Assembly: GCA_021325135.1 (NCBI GenBank)
Contig: JAJPHT010000027.1
Location: 43,336 to 107,335, forward strand
Length of the DNA stretch: 64,000 nucleotides
Direction: 5' to 3'
DNA from: Pseudomonadota bacterium
GTDB taxonomy: Archaea > Thermoplasmatota > SW-10-69-26 > JACQPN01 > JAJPHT01
Under the pieces are notes generated by a model. The model did no database searches and had not been told where the DNA came from. It saw only the letters and a program-made list of their open reading frames with translations. Below, piece after piece: positions 47,052-56,196 of this stretch; the first letter of the stretch is position 1, and the number at the start of each line of letters is the position of its first letter. The translations under genes were made by a program, and so were the position numbers.

Positions 47052-48293
47052 TCAAGCCTTCGCCAGTGCGCCGTAGCGCTCCTTGGCCTGCTGCGGCTCC
47101 AGCTTCGCGGCCTTGGCGAGCCTCGTGAGCCGCTCCCCTTCCAGGTCCTCAGGCCGCAGGCGCGCCTGGAGCGCCAGCGCGCTGCGCCACACGCCGCCGT
47201 GGGGGTCGACGCGGCGGATGCGCACCTTGCCGGTGGCGGGGTCGCGCAGGTCCTCGAACTGGATGGGCACGAGCTTGCCGTCCTGGAGCGAGATGAGGCC
47301 GTTGCCCTGCCCGTTGGCGAGGAACTCCACGGCGCCGACGCCCAGCGTGCGCGTGTACTGCACGTCGAAGGCCACCGGGTCCGCGCAGCGAAGCTCGTAG
47401 CCGATGATCTTGGTGATGAAGCCCACGTCGAGCTTGCGCTCCTTGAAGCGTGATAGCAGAACGTCGCGCACGACGCGGCCCAGGTCGATCTCGCTCAGGC
47501 GCGGGTTGTTGTGCTCGTCGTACTCCAGCGTGACGAAGGAGGCGAGCTCCTGCGGGTCCATGCGGTCCAGCAGGCCCTCGGCGAGCACGACGACGCCCCA
47601 GTCGGAGCCCTCGGCCTTGCGCTTCGCGATGGCGGCCTCCACGAGGTCCGCGATCTCGGCGAGGCGGATCTTGCCCGCGGGGAACTCCTCGGGGATGACG
47701 CAAAGCTGCGAGCCCGAGCCCACGGCCATGCTCAGGGCCAGGTGCCCCGCGCTGCGGCCCATGGCGGTGATGAGGTACCAGCGCGAGGTCGTCTGCGCGT
47801 CGACGCGGAGGTTCTTGCAAAGCTCGCTGCCCCAGTGCTTCGCCGTCTCGAAGCCGAACGTGGGCGCGTTGCCCGGGAGCGGCAGGTCGTTGTCGATGGT
47901 CTTGGGGACGTGGACCGCCCTCATGCCTCCGCCCGCGGCCGCGGCGACCTTGGTGGCGGAGGTGGCCGTGTCGTCGCCGCCCAGCGTCACGAGGTCCGTG
48001 ACGCCCAGCGACCGGAGCGCCGCGACGACGGCCTGCATGTCCTCGGACTTCTTCGTGGGGTTCGCGCGGGACGTGAAGAGGATGCTGCCCCCCTTCGTCT
48101 CGATGCCCGCGACGTCCTTCTCGGTGAGCTCGCGCACGCCGCCCACGTCGCCCTTCATCAACTGGCTGAAGCCCTTGGGCACGCCGAGGACCTTCCAGCC
48201 TCGGGCGCGCGCCGACAGGGTGACCGCGTTGATGACGCCGTTCAGGCCGGGGGCCGGGCCGCCGCCGACGAGCATCGCGAGGGTGCGGGTCAT
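47052..48293 (-). CDS. pfp: PPi-dependent phosphofructokinase
   Basis: GGGPAPGLN, GGDD, PKTIDND, MGR, GYELR. Confidence 0.9.
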   Translation of the reverse strand: MTRTLAMLVGGGPAPGLNGVINAVTLSARARGWKVLGVPKGFSQLMKGDVGGVRELTEKDVAGIETKGGSILFTSRANPTKKSEDMQAVVAALRSLGVTDLVTLGGDDTATSATKVAAAAGGGMRAVHVPKTIDNDLPLPGNAPTFGFETAKHWGSELCKNLRVDAQTTSRWYLITAMGRSAGHLALSMAVGSGSQLCVIPEEFPAGKIRLAEIADLVEAAIAKRKAEGSDWGVVVLAEGLLDRMDPQELASFVTLEYDEHNNPRLSEIDLGRVVRDVLLSRFKERKLDVGFITKIIGYELRCADPVAFDVQYTRTLGVGAVEFLANGQGNGLISLQDGKLVPIQFEDLRDPATGKVRIRRVDPHGGVWRSALALQARLRPEDLEGERLTRLAKAAKLEPQQAKERYGALAKA

Positions 48294-48407
48294 GAGGCGC
48301 GGGACCCCGAGGGGCAGGAAAAGGGTTTCTCCTGGGGTTTCGGGGCCGGCGCTTCGTTCAAGGAGCGAGCCAAAGGAGCTTAACCGGGCCTTTTGCGTCC
48401 GGCGGCC

Positions 48408-49844
48408 ATGCGCGCGGCGCTAGCATCCCTCGTCCTTCTCGCCCTCGTCCTCTCCGGGTGCGCCGCCCCGGCGGCGCGCGTGGCGCCCGCCTCCGCCACG
48501 GTCGACGCCTCGGGGCTCTCGGCGACGATCCTCGACGTCAAGGCCACCGGCTCTGAGCCCACCATGGGCGTCACCAAGGACGGGAGCCTCTACGTCACGG
48601 GGGGCGGCGCGAAGGTCTGGAAGTCCAGCGACCACGGCAAGACGTGGGCCAACGTCGCGGACGCGAGGCCGCGCCCCGACCTCGACCCCTACCTGTGGGT
48701 CGACGCGCGCACCGACCGCATCTTCAGCTCGCCCGACAACGTCGTCTGCTCGAACCTCATGTGGAGCGACGACGGCGCCAAGACGTGGAGCTGGAACCCC
48801 GCCGGCGGCTGCGGGCTCCCTGGCCACGACCACCAGAGCCTCGTGACGGGTCCTCCCCCCAAGGGCGTCTCGACGCAGGGCTACCCCGACGTGGTCTACT
48901 ACTCCTACAACTCCTTCCGGAGCCTCGCGCTCCCCGCGCCCCTGGAGCAGGACGGCACCTGGGTCACCGAGAGCCTCGATGGCGGCATGACCTGGGGCGT
49001 CGGCGTCGACGTGCTCCCCAGCGACGCCTGCGAGGACGGGCTCAACGGCGCGCCGGCCGTGGCGCCCGACGGCACGGTCTACGTCCCCATCCCGCGCTGC
49101 GACGGCATGCACGTCGCCGTCTCCAAGGACGCCGGGAAGACGTGGACGGTCCACGACATCCTCGACGCGGGCACGCTGGGCGCCAACGAGCCCCAGGGCC
49201 AAGGCCTCGTGGGCACGTCCAACCCCTACGAGCCCAACCCGGGCATGGGCGTCGACGCCGCCGGCAACGCCTTCGTCGCGTTCGGCGGGAAGGACGGCCG
49301 CATGTACCTCGCCCGCAGCGTCGACTCGGGCGCGACGTGGAGCAAGCCGATGGTCGTGTCGCCCCCCGACGTGACCAGCACGGCCTTCAGCGCGCTGGTG
49401 GCCGGCGACGCCGGGCGCATCGCCATCGCGTACCTGGGCACCAACGCCTCCACCGACAACTGGCCCGGCAAGGCGGCGCAGAACGCGCCGGACGGCGTGG
49501 CCTGGCACCTCTACCTCACCTACGTCACCGACGCCCTGGCCCCTGTGCCGACGCCCGTCTCGCTGCGGGCGACGCCCGCCGACGACCCCGTGCAGGTGGG
49601 CTGCATCTGGCAGAGCGGCGGCAGCAACGCGTGCCGCAACCTGGGCGACTTCATCGGCATGGCGCAGCACGATGGGCGCGTCTACGTCGTCTACTCGGAC
49701 GGCTGCGCGCGGTGCGCCGACGCCGCGAATTCCCACGGCGACGCGCTGAAGGTCGCGGTGGAGGACGCGGGGCCCAGCCTCGTGGGAAGCGGCGCGCTGG
49801 GCGCCTACTCCTTGGGCTTCACCACGAACACGCAGCGGTCGTAG
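48408..49844 (+). CDS. Lipoprotein with BNR/Asp-box repeats
   Basis: LSGC lipobox; five S.D.G.TW boxes. Confidence 0.88.
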   Translation: MRAALASLVLLALVLSGCAAPAARVAPASATVDASGLSATILDVKATGSEPTMGVTKDGSLYVTGGGAKVWKSSDHGKTWANVADARPRPDLDPYLWVDARTDRIFSSPDNVVCSNLMWSDDGAKTWSWNPAGGCGLPGHDHQSLVTGPPPKGVSTQGYPDVVYYSYNSFRSLALPAPLEQDGTWVTESLDGGMTWGVGVDVLPSDACEDGLNGAPAVAPDGTVYVPIPRCDGMHVAVSKDAGKTWTVHDILDAGTLGANEPQGQGLVGTSNPYEPNPGMGVDAAGNAFVAFGGKDGRMYLARSVDSGATWSKPMVVSPPDVTSTAFSALVAGDAGRIAIAYLGTNASTDNWPGKAAQNAPDGVAWHLYLTYVTDALAPVPTPVSLRATPADDPVQVGCIWQSGGSNACRNLGDFIGMAQHDGRVYVVYSDGCARCADAANSHGDALKVAVEDAGPSLVGSGALGAYSLGFTTNTQRS

Positions 49845-51673
49845 CCCTGGGACTGGCAGCGCACCTCGCTGCCCAGCGCCTTGCCGCCGGTGAGCTTGCC
49901 CACGGCGCCCTCCAGGAAGCCCACGGCGAGGTGGCACGTCGGCTGGAGGGAGGAGGGGCGGCGCTCCAGCAGGTCGTCGGCCGAGAAACGATAGCCCGCC
50001 TCGTCGCTGCGCTCCAGCGCGATGGCGCCCAGGCCCATGGTGGCGAAGGCGGCGAGGAAGGCCTCGGGCTCCTTGGCGTCGATCTCGGCGGCGAGGCTGC
50101 GCCCCATCTCGGCGATGGAGAAGCGCGTCGCGCTGGCGTCGCCCACGACGTTGAGCAGCATGCGCCGCACGATGGGGCGCGTGACGCCCTGGGCTTGCAG
50201 CGCCTCCTGAGCCTCGCGGCGGCCGGTCACGTCGTGGAAGAGCACGACCGCGCCGCGGCCGCCCTTGAAGCCGCCCAGCGGCACGCCCGACACCATGAAG
50301 GTCCGGCCGTCGAGGAGGGCCTCCAGGTTGCCGAACGCGCGCCCCGCGCGCAGGCCTTCGATGGCGCCGCGCAGCGCGTCGTCCTTCTCCACGAGCGGCA
50401 GCGAGGCGAGCTTCGCGCCTTCGGGGAGGGGCTTGCCCTGGCCCAGCGCGCGGTGCAGGCCGGAGTTGAACTGGAGGAGGAGCCCCTGGCCGTCGAGGCG
50501 CGCGACGCCCGCCGGGACGTTCTCCACGATGCCCTGGTGGAGGTCCTTCATCGCGGCGATCTCGTCGAGGGCCCACGCGTTCTCCGCCGCCGCGGCGACC
50601 TGCCCCGCGACGACGTGGAGAAGCTGCGGGTCGACGTTGCGCGAGGCGTCCACGACGCGGCGCGCGGGGTCCACCCGGATCTCGCCGAGCACGTCGCCGT
50701 CCTTGCCGCGGATCACGGCCTCCAGCGCGGGGACGCCGGGCGCGGGGCCGCCCTCGTACTCGCGCGCCCACTCGCGGGGCGCCTCGCCCGGGCGGCGCAG
50801 CGTGAGGCGCACGCGCCCCGCCACGAAGAGGTCGCCGCACGCATCCAGGGCGCCCGCCGCGACCTCGTCGATGCTGCGCGTGCCCGCGAGCTTCGCGCCC
50901 ATCTCGGCGAGGCGCCGGTGCGCGCCCACCTCGCGCTCCGCGCGCGCGGAGAGGCGCATGAAGCTCACCGCCATGAGGCCCAGCGGCAGCACGATGAGCG
51001 TGGCGAGAGGATGATAGCTCCACAGGGCGACGATGGCGACGCCCAGCGCCACGCCCAGGACGACGTGCCACACGGTCGCGAGGAGGAAGCGCTCGCGGAA
51101 GACGTTCGCGACGGAGCGCCGCTCCAGCCCCGCGAAGAGGGTCGCCACGAGCGAGTTGGAGGCGAGCGTGTACGCCGCGAGGCCCGCCGTCGCCGCCGCG
51201 AGGCGCGGCCAGCCCAGCGAGCCGCCCAGCCACGCGGCGAGCGCCGCGGCGACGGCGGCGGCCGTCGTGTAGGCGCCCACGTTGAAGAACGCCTTGATGG
51301 CGACGCGGCGCGCGGCAAGCTGCACGATGGTCATGCTGCACGCGACCAGCGGCACGAGGGCGAAGGGCGGCAGCAGCGCCAGCGCGAGGAGCACCACGGG
51401 CTCGTCGAAGGAGCTCACCGTGCGCAGGTTGCGGAAGTGGAGCACGAGGGCGCGGCGCTCCAGCAGGAACGCGAAGCCCACGAGGATGGCGAAGAGGCCG
51501 CCCAGGAGCGCCCCCGTGGGGTCGCGCGGCCAGAGGTAGGCCGCCGACCAGACGCCCGCGGCGAGGGCGATGCCGCCCAGGGCCGAGAGGAGCGTCACGT
51601 AGGCCCGCACGGGCAGGGGCGTGGACGTGGCGACGCGCGTGGCGGGATCGGCCAGCGTGGCAGTCTGGGCCAT
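49805..51673 (-). CDS. Membrane sensor: multi-TM + GAF-like + PAS + V4R
   Basis: About 6-7 TM; IVENVPAGV..LD PAS; FHDVT; CHLAVGFLEG..EVRC..QG..RCVF. Confidence 0.8.
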   Translation of the reverse strand: MAQTATLADPATRVATSTPLPVRAYVTLLSALGGIALAAGVWSAAYLWPRDPTGALLGGLFAILVGFAFLLERRALVLHFRNLRTVSSFDEPVVLLALALLPPFALVPLVACSMTIVQLAARRVAIKAFFNVGAYTTAAAVAAALAAWLGGSLGWPRLAAATAGLAAYTLASNSLVATLFAGLERRSVANVFRERFLLATVWHVVLGVALGVAIVALWSYHPLATLIVLPLGLMAVSFMRLSARAEREVGAHRRLAEMGAKLAGTRSIDEVAAGALDACGDLFVAGRVRLTLRRPGEAPREWAREYEGGPAPGVPALEAVIRGKDGDVLGEIRVDPARRVVDASRNVDPQLLHVVAGQVAAAAENAWALDEIAAMKDLHQGIVENVPAGVARLDGQGLLLQFNSGLHRALGQGKPLPEGAKLASLPLVEKDDALRGAIEGLRAGRAFGNLEALLDGRTFMVSGVPLGGFKGGRGAVVLFHDVTGRREAQEALQAQGVTRPIVRRMLLNVVGDASATRFSIAEMGRSLAAEIDAKEPEAFLAAFATMGLGAIALERSDEAGYRFSADDLLERRPSSLQPTCHLAVGFLEGAVGKLTGGKALGSEVRCQSQGYDRCVFVVKPKE

Positions 51674-51832
51674 GGGACTTCCAGCCTTCCGCGCCGGGGA
51701 GCTATAAAGAATGGACCTGCTGCCCACGCGCCGGCTTCGTGAAAGTCCGGAAAAGCGCAAGGGGAATATACGGGACGATTTTACCGCGGGGAGGCCCCTC
51801 GGGCGCCGGCCCGGGTGCGGAGCGTTGCCCCC

Positions 51833-53359
51833 ATGAGATCCATTCGGTTCCCCAGGGACCCCTCTCGCGCGATCGCGGCGATCGGGATCGTGACCTTCCT
51901 CCTCCTCGCCTCGACCGCCGCCGCGGACCTCCCGGCGCCCCCCGCCCCGCCCGCGCCCCCCTCGGTGAGCGCGAACCTCATCGTGGGCTTCCAGACGCCC
52001 GGCGTCAACCTCACGCTCATCGCCGCCATGGGCGGCGTGGTCACCAAGAGCGGCGACTCCATCGGCGTCGCCGCCGTCTACGCCGCCAACGTCACCGCCT
52101 TCATGGCCGCGGCGATGGCCAACTCGTCCCTCATCGCCTTCGTGGAGCCCAACGGCCCCACCGGCCTCGACTCCTCCGGCTGGGACAGCAGCGGCTGGGA
52201 CTCGTCCGGATGGGATTCGTCTGGTTGGGACTCCAGCGGATGGGACAGCAGCGGCTGGGACTCCTCCGGTTGGGACTCGTCTGGTTGGGACTCCAGCGGA
52301 TGGGACAGCAGCGGCTGGGACTCGTCCGGATGGGACTCCTCGGGCTGGGACAGCTCCGGCTGGGACTCCAGCGGTTGGGACAGCAGCGGGTGGGACTCGT
52401 CCGGCTGGGACGCCACCACCGGCAACCACTCCATCTTCGACGCCGCGTGGGTCAGCGCGACGGGCACGCCCCTCCTCAACAAGGGCGTCGACCCGCTGCT
52501 CCACCGCCAGTGGGGCCTGCGCGCCGTGAACGCCTCGCCCGCTACCCTCCGCGTCGGCAGCGGCGCGCCCATCTGCGTCGTCGACTCGGGCGTGGACTTC
52601 ACGCACCCCGACCTCGCGGGCGCCATCTGGACCGCCGCGGACGGAAGCCACGGCTACAACTTCGTCGCCATGACCAACAACACCATGGACGACGCGGGCC
52701 ACGGCACGCACGTCGCGGGCATCGCCGCCGCCATCGCCGGCAACGGCAAGGGCATCGCGGGCCTCTCGCGCGAGAAGATCATGGCCGTCAAGGTGCTGGC
52801 CGCCAACGGCACCGGCACCGAGGACAACCTCGCGCTGGGCATCGCCTGGTGCGCGGACCACGGCGCCAAGGTCATCAGCATGAGCCTCGGCACGCCCCTG
52901 GACAGCAAGGCCGTCCACCGCGCGGTCAGCTACGCCTTCAACAAGGGCATCCCCCTGGTCGCCTCCGTGGGCAACTCGGGCCCCTGCTCGGGCGGCTGCA
53001 CGCGCTACCCCGCCTCGTACCCTGAAGTGGTGGGCGTCACGGCGCTCGCCCCCAACGGCCAGCCCCTCTCGTCCGACGCGACGGGGAAGATCGTCTCCAT
53101 CGCGGCGCCCGGCTGGGGCATCGTGTCCACGTGGGCCGGCGGCAGCTACCGCGCCATGAACGGCACCAGCATGGCGGTGCCCTTCGTGAGCGCGACGCTG
53201 GCGCAGGTCCTGGACCTCAAGCCGAGCCTCGGCGCGGCGGGGGCGGACAACCTCGTCGTCCACGCGGCGAGGGACCTGGGCCCGGCGGGCCGCGACCCCT
53301 ACGTGGGCTTCGGCGTCGTGGACCAGGGCGCGGCCCTCCGGGCGGCAGCGACCCCCTAA
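51833..53359 (+). CDS. Secreted S8 subtilase with DSSGW repeat tract
   Basis: Signal peptide, prodomain, VVDSGVD, HGTHVAG, GN, GTSMA. Confidence 0.93.
   Translation: MRSIRFPRDPSRAIAAIGIVTFLLLASTAAADLPAPPAPPAPPSVSANLIVGFQTPGVNLTLIAAMGGVVTKSGDSIGVAAVYAANVTAFMAAAMANSSLIAFVEPNGPTGLDSSGWDSSGWDSSGWDSSGWDSSGWDSSGWDSSGWDSSGWDSSGWDSSGWDSSGWDSSGWDSSGWDSSGWDSSGWDSSGWDATTGNHSIFDAAWVSATGTPLLNKGVDPLLHRQWGLRAVNASPATLRVGSGAPICVVDSGVDFTHPDLAGAIWTAADGSHGYNFVAMTNNTMDDAGHGTHVAGIAAAIAGNGKGIAGLSREKIMAVKVLAANGTGTEDNLALGIAWCADHGAKVISMSLGTPLDSKAVHRAVSYAFNKGIPLVASVGNSGPCSGGCTRYPASYPEVVGVTALAPNGQPLSSDATGKIVSIAAPGWGIVSTWAGGSYRAMNGTSMAVPFVSATLAQVLDLKPSLGAAGADNLVVHAARDLGPAGRDPYVGFGVVDQGAALRAAATP
52169..52408 (+). repeat. 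16 x 15-bp coding repeat, (DSSGW)16
   Basis: Counted unit by unit; differences are synonymous only. Confidence 0.97.
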
Positions 53360-53367
53360 GGAGAAAC

Positions 53368-53392
53368 GGGGAGAGGGACCGAGCCCTCTCCC
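53368..53392 (+). terminator. Hairpin after the subtilase
   Basis: GGGAGAGGG..CCCTCTCCC. Confidence 0.35.
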
Positions 53393-53478
53393 CACTCCCG
53401 ACCATACGTTCAAGAATCCCGTCGCGCACTCCACCCTCCGTCCGCGGTTTCGAGGCCCGCGGTGGGAGCGCAGCGAGG

Positions 53479-53718
53479 TTGATTGCGAAGCTTCTCCTGG
53501 CCATCACCATGGCCGTCTCCGCCCTGCTGGGCGCCTCGGGGCCCGCGCCCCACGCCCAGGACGGCGTGAGCGCCGTGGGCGCCTTCTATCTCCACACCGA
53601 CGAGCACGGCGTCCCCACCCTCTGGAGCGAGACCAACGGCGCTCCCGGTCTCCAGACCGGCGTCTCCCTGGGGCACGGGGGCCTCGTCGTGCCGCCCGAC
53701 ACGCGGTTGACGGTCTAG
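53479..53718 (+). CDS. Small secreted protein
   Basis: TTG start; signal peptide; WSETNG.PGLQ motif. Confidence 0.6.
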   Translation: MIAKLLLAITMAVSALLGASGPAPHAQDGVSAVGAFYLHTDEHGVPTLWSETNGAPGLQTGVSLGHGGLVVPPDTRLTV

Positions 53719-53740
53719 CCTGATCGGGGCCGCTTCCGGG

Positions 53741-53801
53741 TCTTCTCCCCCTGGTCTTCCCTTGGGGGCGGCAGCCCCCAGGCAGACCCCAGAGGAGAAG
53801 A
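53741..53801. repeat. Long imperfect hairpin between convergent genes
   Basis: TCTTCTCC...GGAGAAGA enclosing TGGGGGC-GGCA-GCCCCCA. Confidence 0.5.
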
Positions 53802-53819
53802 CAAGAGAAGCAGCCAGCG

Positions 53820-54329
53820 CTACGGGCAATCCGCCGCGTCGTGCGTCCGGATGCGCAGGCGCCCCAGGAGCGCGCGAAGCTCGGCGACCTCCTCGGAGGT
53901 CCACCCCTCGAAGGCGTCGGCGAGCACGCGGTTGGCCCCCTCCTTCTGGAGCGTCTCCATGCGGCGGTGGCCGTTCTCGGTGAGGCGCACGAAGACGACG
54001 CGGCGGTCCTCGCCGCTGCGCGCGCGGGTGACGAGCCCCTCGCGCTCCAGCCGGTCGACGATGCCCGTCACGTTGGCGGGCGTCACCTCCAGCGCGTCGG
54101 CCAGCTCGCGCACGGTGAGGCGGCCCTGCCCGCGCAGGTGCTTCATGAGCATGACCTGGGCGAAGGTCAGGCCGTGGGCGCGCATCGCCTCGGCGAAGCG
54201 CGCGCGGATGCCCAGGCCGATGGTGCGGAAGAGGGCGAAGGTCTCCTCCAGCTCCTCGGACGTGGGCGGAACGCCCCCCGCCGAAGGGGGGGAGGAAGCA
54301 GGGAGCACGGCTCCCGGTAGATCGTTCAC
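53820..54329 (-). CDS. MarR family regulator
   Basis: GLTFAQ, ELADAL.VTPANVTGIVDRLE..GLV.R....DRR....LT. Confidence 0.93.
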   Translation of the reverse strand: MNDLPGAVLPASSPPSAGGVPPTSEELEETFALFRTIGLGIRARFAEAMRAHGLTFAQVMLMKHLRGQGRLTVRELADALEVTPANVTGIVDRLEREGLVTRARSGEDRRVVFVRLTENGHRRMETLQKEGANRVLADAFEGWTSEEVAELRALLGRLRIRTHDAADCP

Positions 54330-54403
54330 ACCTTAAATGATCTGGGGCTACCGCTTGGCAGGCCAGGCGTGCGACCGGATCGCACTCTGGAGCGTCCGAA
54401 TTC

Positions 54404-54417
54404 GTTAATCGATTAAC
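54404..54417. promoter_or_regulatory. Perfect palindrome, candidate MarR operator
   Basis: GTTAATCGATTAAC between the divergent marR and MFS genes. Confidence 0.6.
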
Positions 54418-54450
54418 TATTTACGGGGAGCCTGGCTTCCGGCGCTCCAT

Positions 54451-56154
54451 ATGGCGGCTCCCGCGAACGCCGGCGCGAAGTCCAAGGGCTTCGGCGGCCA
54501 CGGCCTCATCCTCGCCGGCCTCATGCTCGGCGTCCTGCTCGCCGCCCTCGACCAGACCGTCGTGGGCACCTCGCTCCCGAAGATCGTGGCCGACCTCCAC
54601 GACTTCCAGCACTTCAGCGCGCTCGTGACGGGCTACCTGCTCGCGAGCACCATCGTCATCCCGCTGGCGGGCAAGTTCAGCGACCTCTACGGCCGCCGCC
54701 CCATCTACCTCACGGGCATGGTCGTCTTCCTGCTGGGCAGCGCGCTCTGCGGCCTTGCCGGCGAATGGGGCGACTTCCTCTTCCCGCACCTGGGCAACTT
54801 CCTCTTCACCGGGATGGACCAGCTCATCCTCTTCCGCTTCATCCAGGGCCTGGGCGGCGGCGCCATCTTCCCCGTCGCGCTGGCCACCATCGCGGACCTC
54901 TACTCGCCCGCCGAGCGCGGCCGCGTGCAGGGCCTCTTCGGCGCCGTGTTCGGCCTTAGCAGCGTGATCGGCCCCTTCATCGGCGGCTGGATCGTCGACT
55001 ACGTCCACCTGGCGGACATCTCCTCGTGGCGCTGGGTGTTCTACGTGAACCTCCCCGTGGGCCTCGTGGGCATCTTCATGGTGGCCACGCACTTCCCGCG
55101 CAAGACGCCCAACAAGGGCATCCGCATCGACTGGGGCGGCCTCGCCACCATCGTCGCGGCCCTCACCTCCATGATCCTCGTCGCGGAGTGGGGCGGCAGC
55201 CAGTACGCGTGGGGCTCCTGGCAGATCCTCAGCCTCATCGCGTTCACGCTGGTCATGGTGGCGGCGTTCGTCTGGGCGGAGAGCCGCGCGCACGACCCGA
55301 TCATCCCCCTCGTGCTCTGGAAGGAGCCCATCTTCACGGTCTCCGCCATCGCGAGCATCCTCATGGGCAGCGCGATGTTCGGCGTCATCGCCTTCATGCC
55401 GACCTACATGCAGGGCGTCGTGGGCATCAGCGCGACCTACTCGGGCGCCGCACTCGTCCCCCTCTCGCTGGCCATCGTGGGCGGCAGCATCGCCAGCGGC
55501 CAGCTCATGAAGCGCTTCGGCTACAAGCCGTTCACCGTGAGCGGCACCATCATCTGCGGCGTCGCGTTCGTGATCCTCTTCTTCCTGAGCCGCAACAGCA
55601 TCCCCCCCATCTGGCAGGCCGTCCTCGTCATGGTCCTCCTGGGCGTGGGCATCGGCTTCACGATCCAGACGTTCACCGTCGCCGTGCAGAACGCCGTCGA
55701 GCGCCGCCACGTCGGCGCCGGCACCGCGAGCATCACGCTCTTCCGGACGCTGGGCGCCACGGCGGGCATCGCCGCGCTGGGCGCGATCCTGAACCGCCGC
55801 ATGGAGTCCGACCTTCCGCCCAACATCGCGTCCTCCGCGCCCCCCGTGCAGGGCATCTACCAGAACGTCCTCTCGAACCCCAACATCGGCGGCCAGATCT
55901 CCAACACGCCGCAGCTCCTCGTCACGCAGCCGTTCCTCGACGCGATGCACGCGATCCCGGGCGGCGCGGGCGACGCGTTCGTGGAGGTGCTCAAGAGCAC
56001 GTTCAGCAACAGCATCGCCTACGTGTGGCTCTCGGGCGCGTTCATCGCGGCCGCGGGCTTCCTGGTCGTCCTCTTCCTGCGCTCGAAGCCCCTCAAGAGC
56101 GCCGAGGAGTACCACGGCGAGGGCGGGGCGCCCGCCAGCGCGGCGATGCATTAG
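54451..56154 (+). CDS. MFS DHA2 (EmrB/QacA) efflux transporter
   Basis: LDQTVV..SLP, GKFSDLYGRR, WRWVFYVNLPVG. Confidence 0.93.
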   Translation: MAAPANAGAKSKGFGGHGLILAGLMLGVLLAALDQTVVGTSLPKIVADLHDFQHFSALVTGYLLASTIVIPLAGKFSDLYGRRPIYLTGMVVFLLGSALCGLAGEWGDFLFPHLGNFLFTGMDQLILFRFIQGLGGGAIFPVALATIADLYSPAERGRVQGLFGAVFGLSSVIGPFIGGWIVDYVHLADISSWRWVFYVNLPVGLVGIFMVATHFPRKTPNKGIRIDWGGLATIVAALTSMILVAEWGGSQYAWGSWQILSLIAFTLVMVAAFVWAESRAHDPIIPLVLWKEPIFTVSAIASILMGSAMFGVIAFMPTYMQGVVGISATYSGAALVPLSLAIVGGSIASGQLMKRFGYKPFTVSGTIICGVAFVILFFLSRNSIPPIWQAVLVMVLLGVGIGFTIQTFTVAVQNAVERRHVGAGTASITLFRTLGATAGIAALGAILNRRMESDLPPNIASSAPPVQGIYQNVLSNPNIGGQISNTPQLLVTQPFLDAMHAIPGGAGDAFVEVLKSTFSNSIAYVWLSGAFIAAAGFLVVLFLRSKPLKSAEEYHGEGGAPASAAMH

Positions 56155-56196
56155 GGCCGCCACAAGACCCTAAACCCCCCGCGGCGCTCCGGGCGC

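Noticed and set aside
52169-52408. Regular short repeats as a CRISPR array
   Set aside because: No spacers; 15-bp in-frame units with only synonymous variation
48420-53434. Very long overlapping ORFs (973 and 1032 aa, the N-terminal half of the 1209-aa ORF) and similar ones elsewhere
   Set aside because: Arg/Ala/Pro-rich shadow frames of real genes, expected in high-GC DNA
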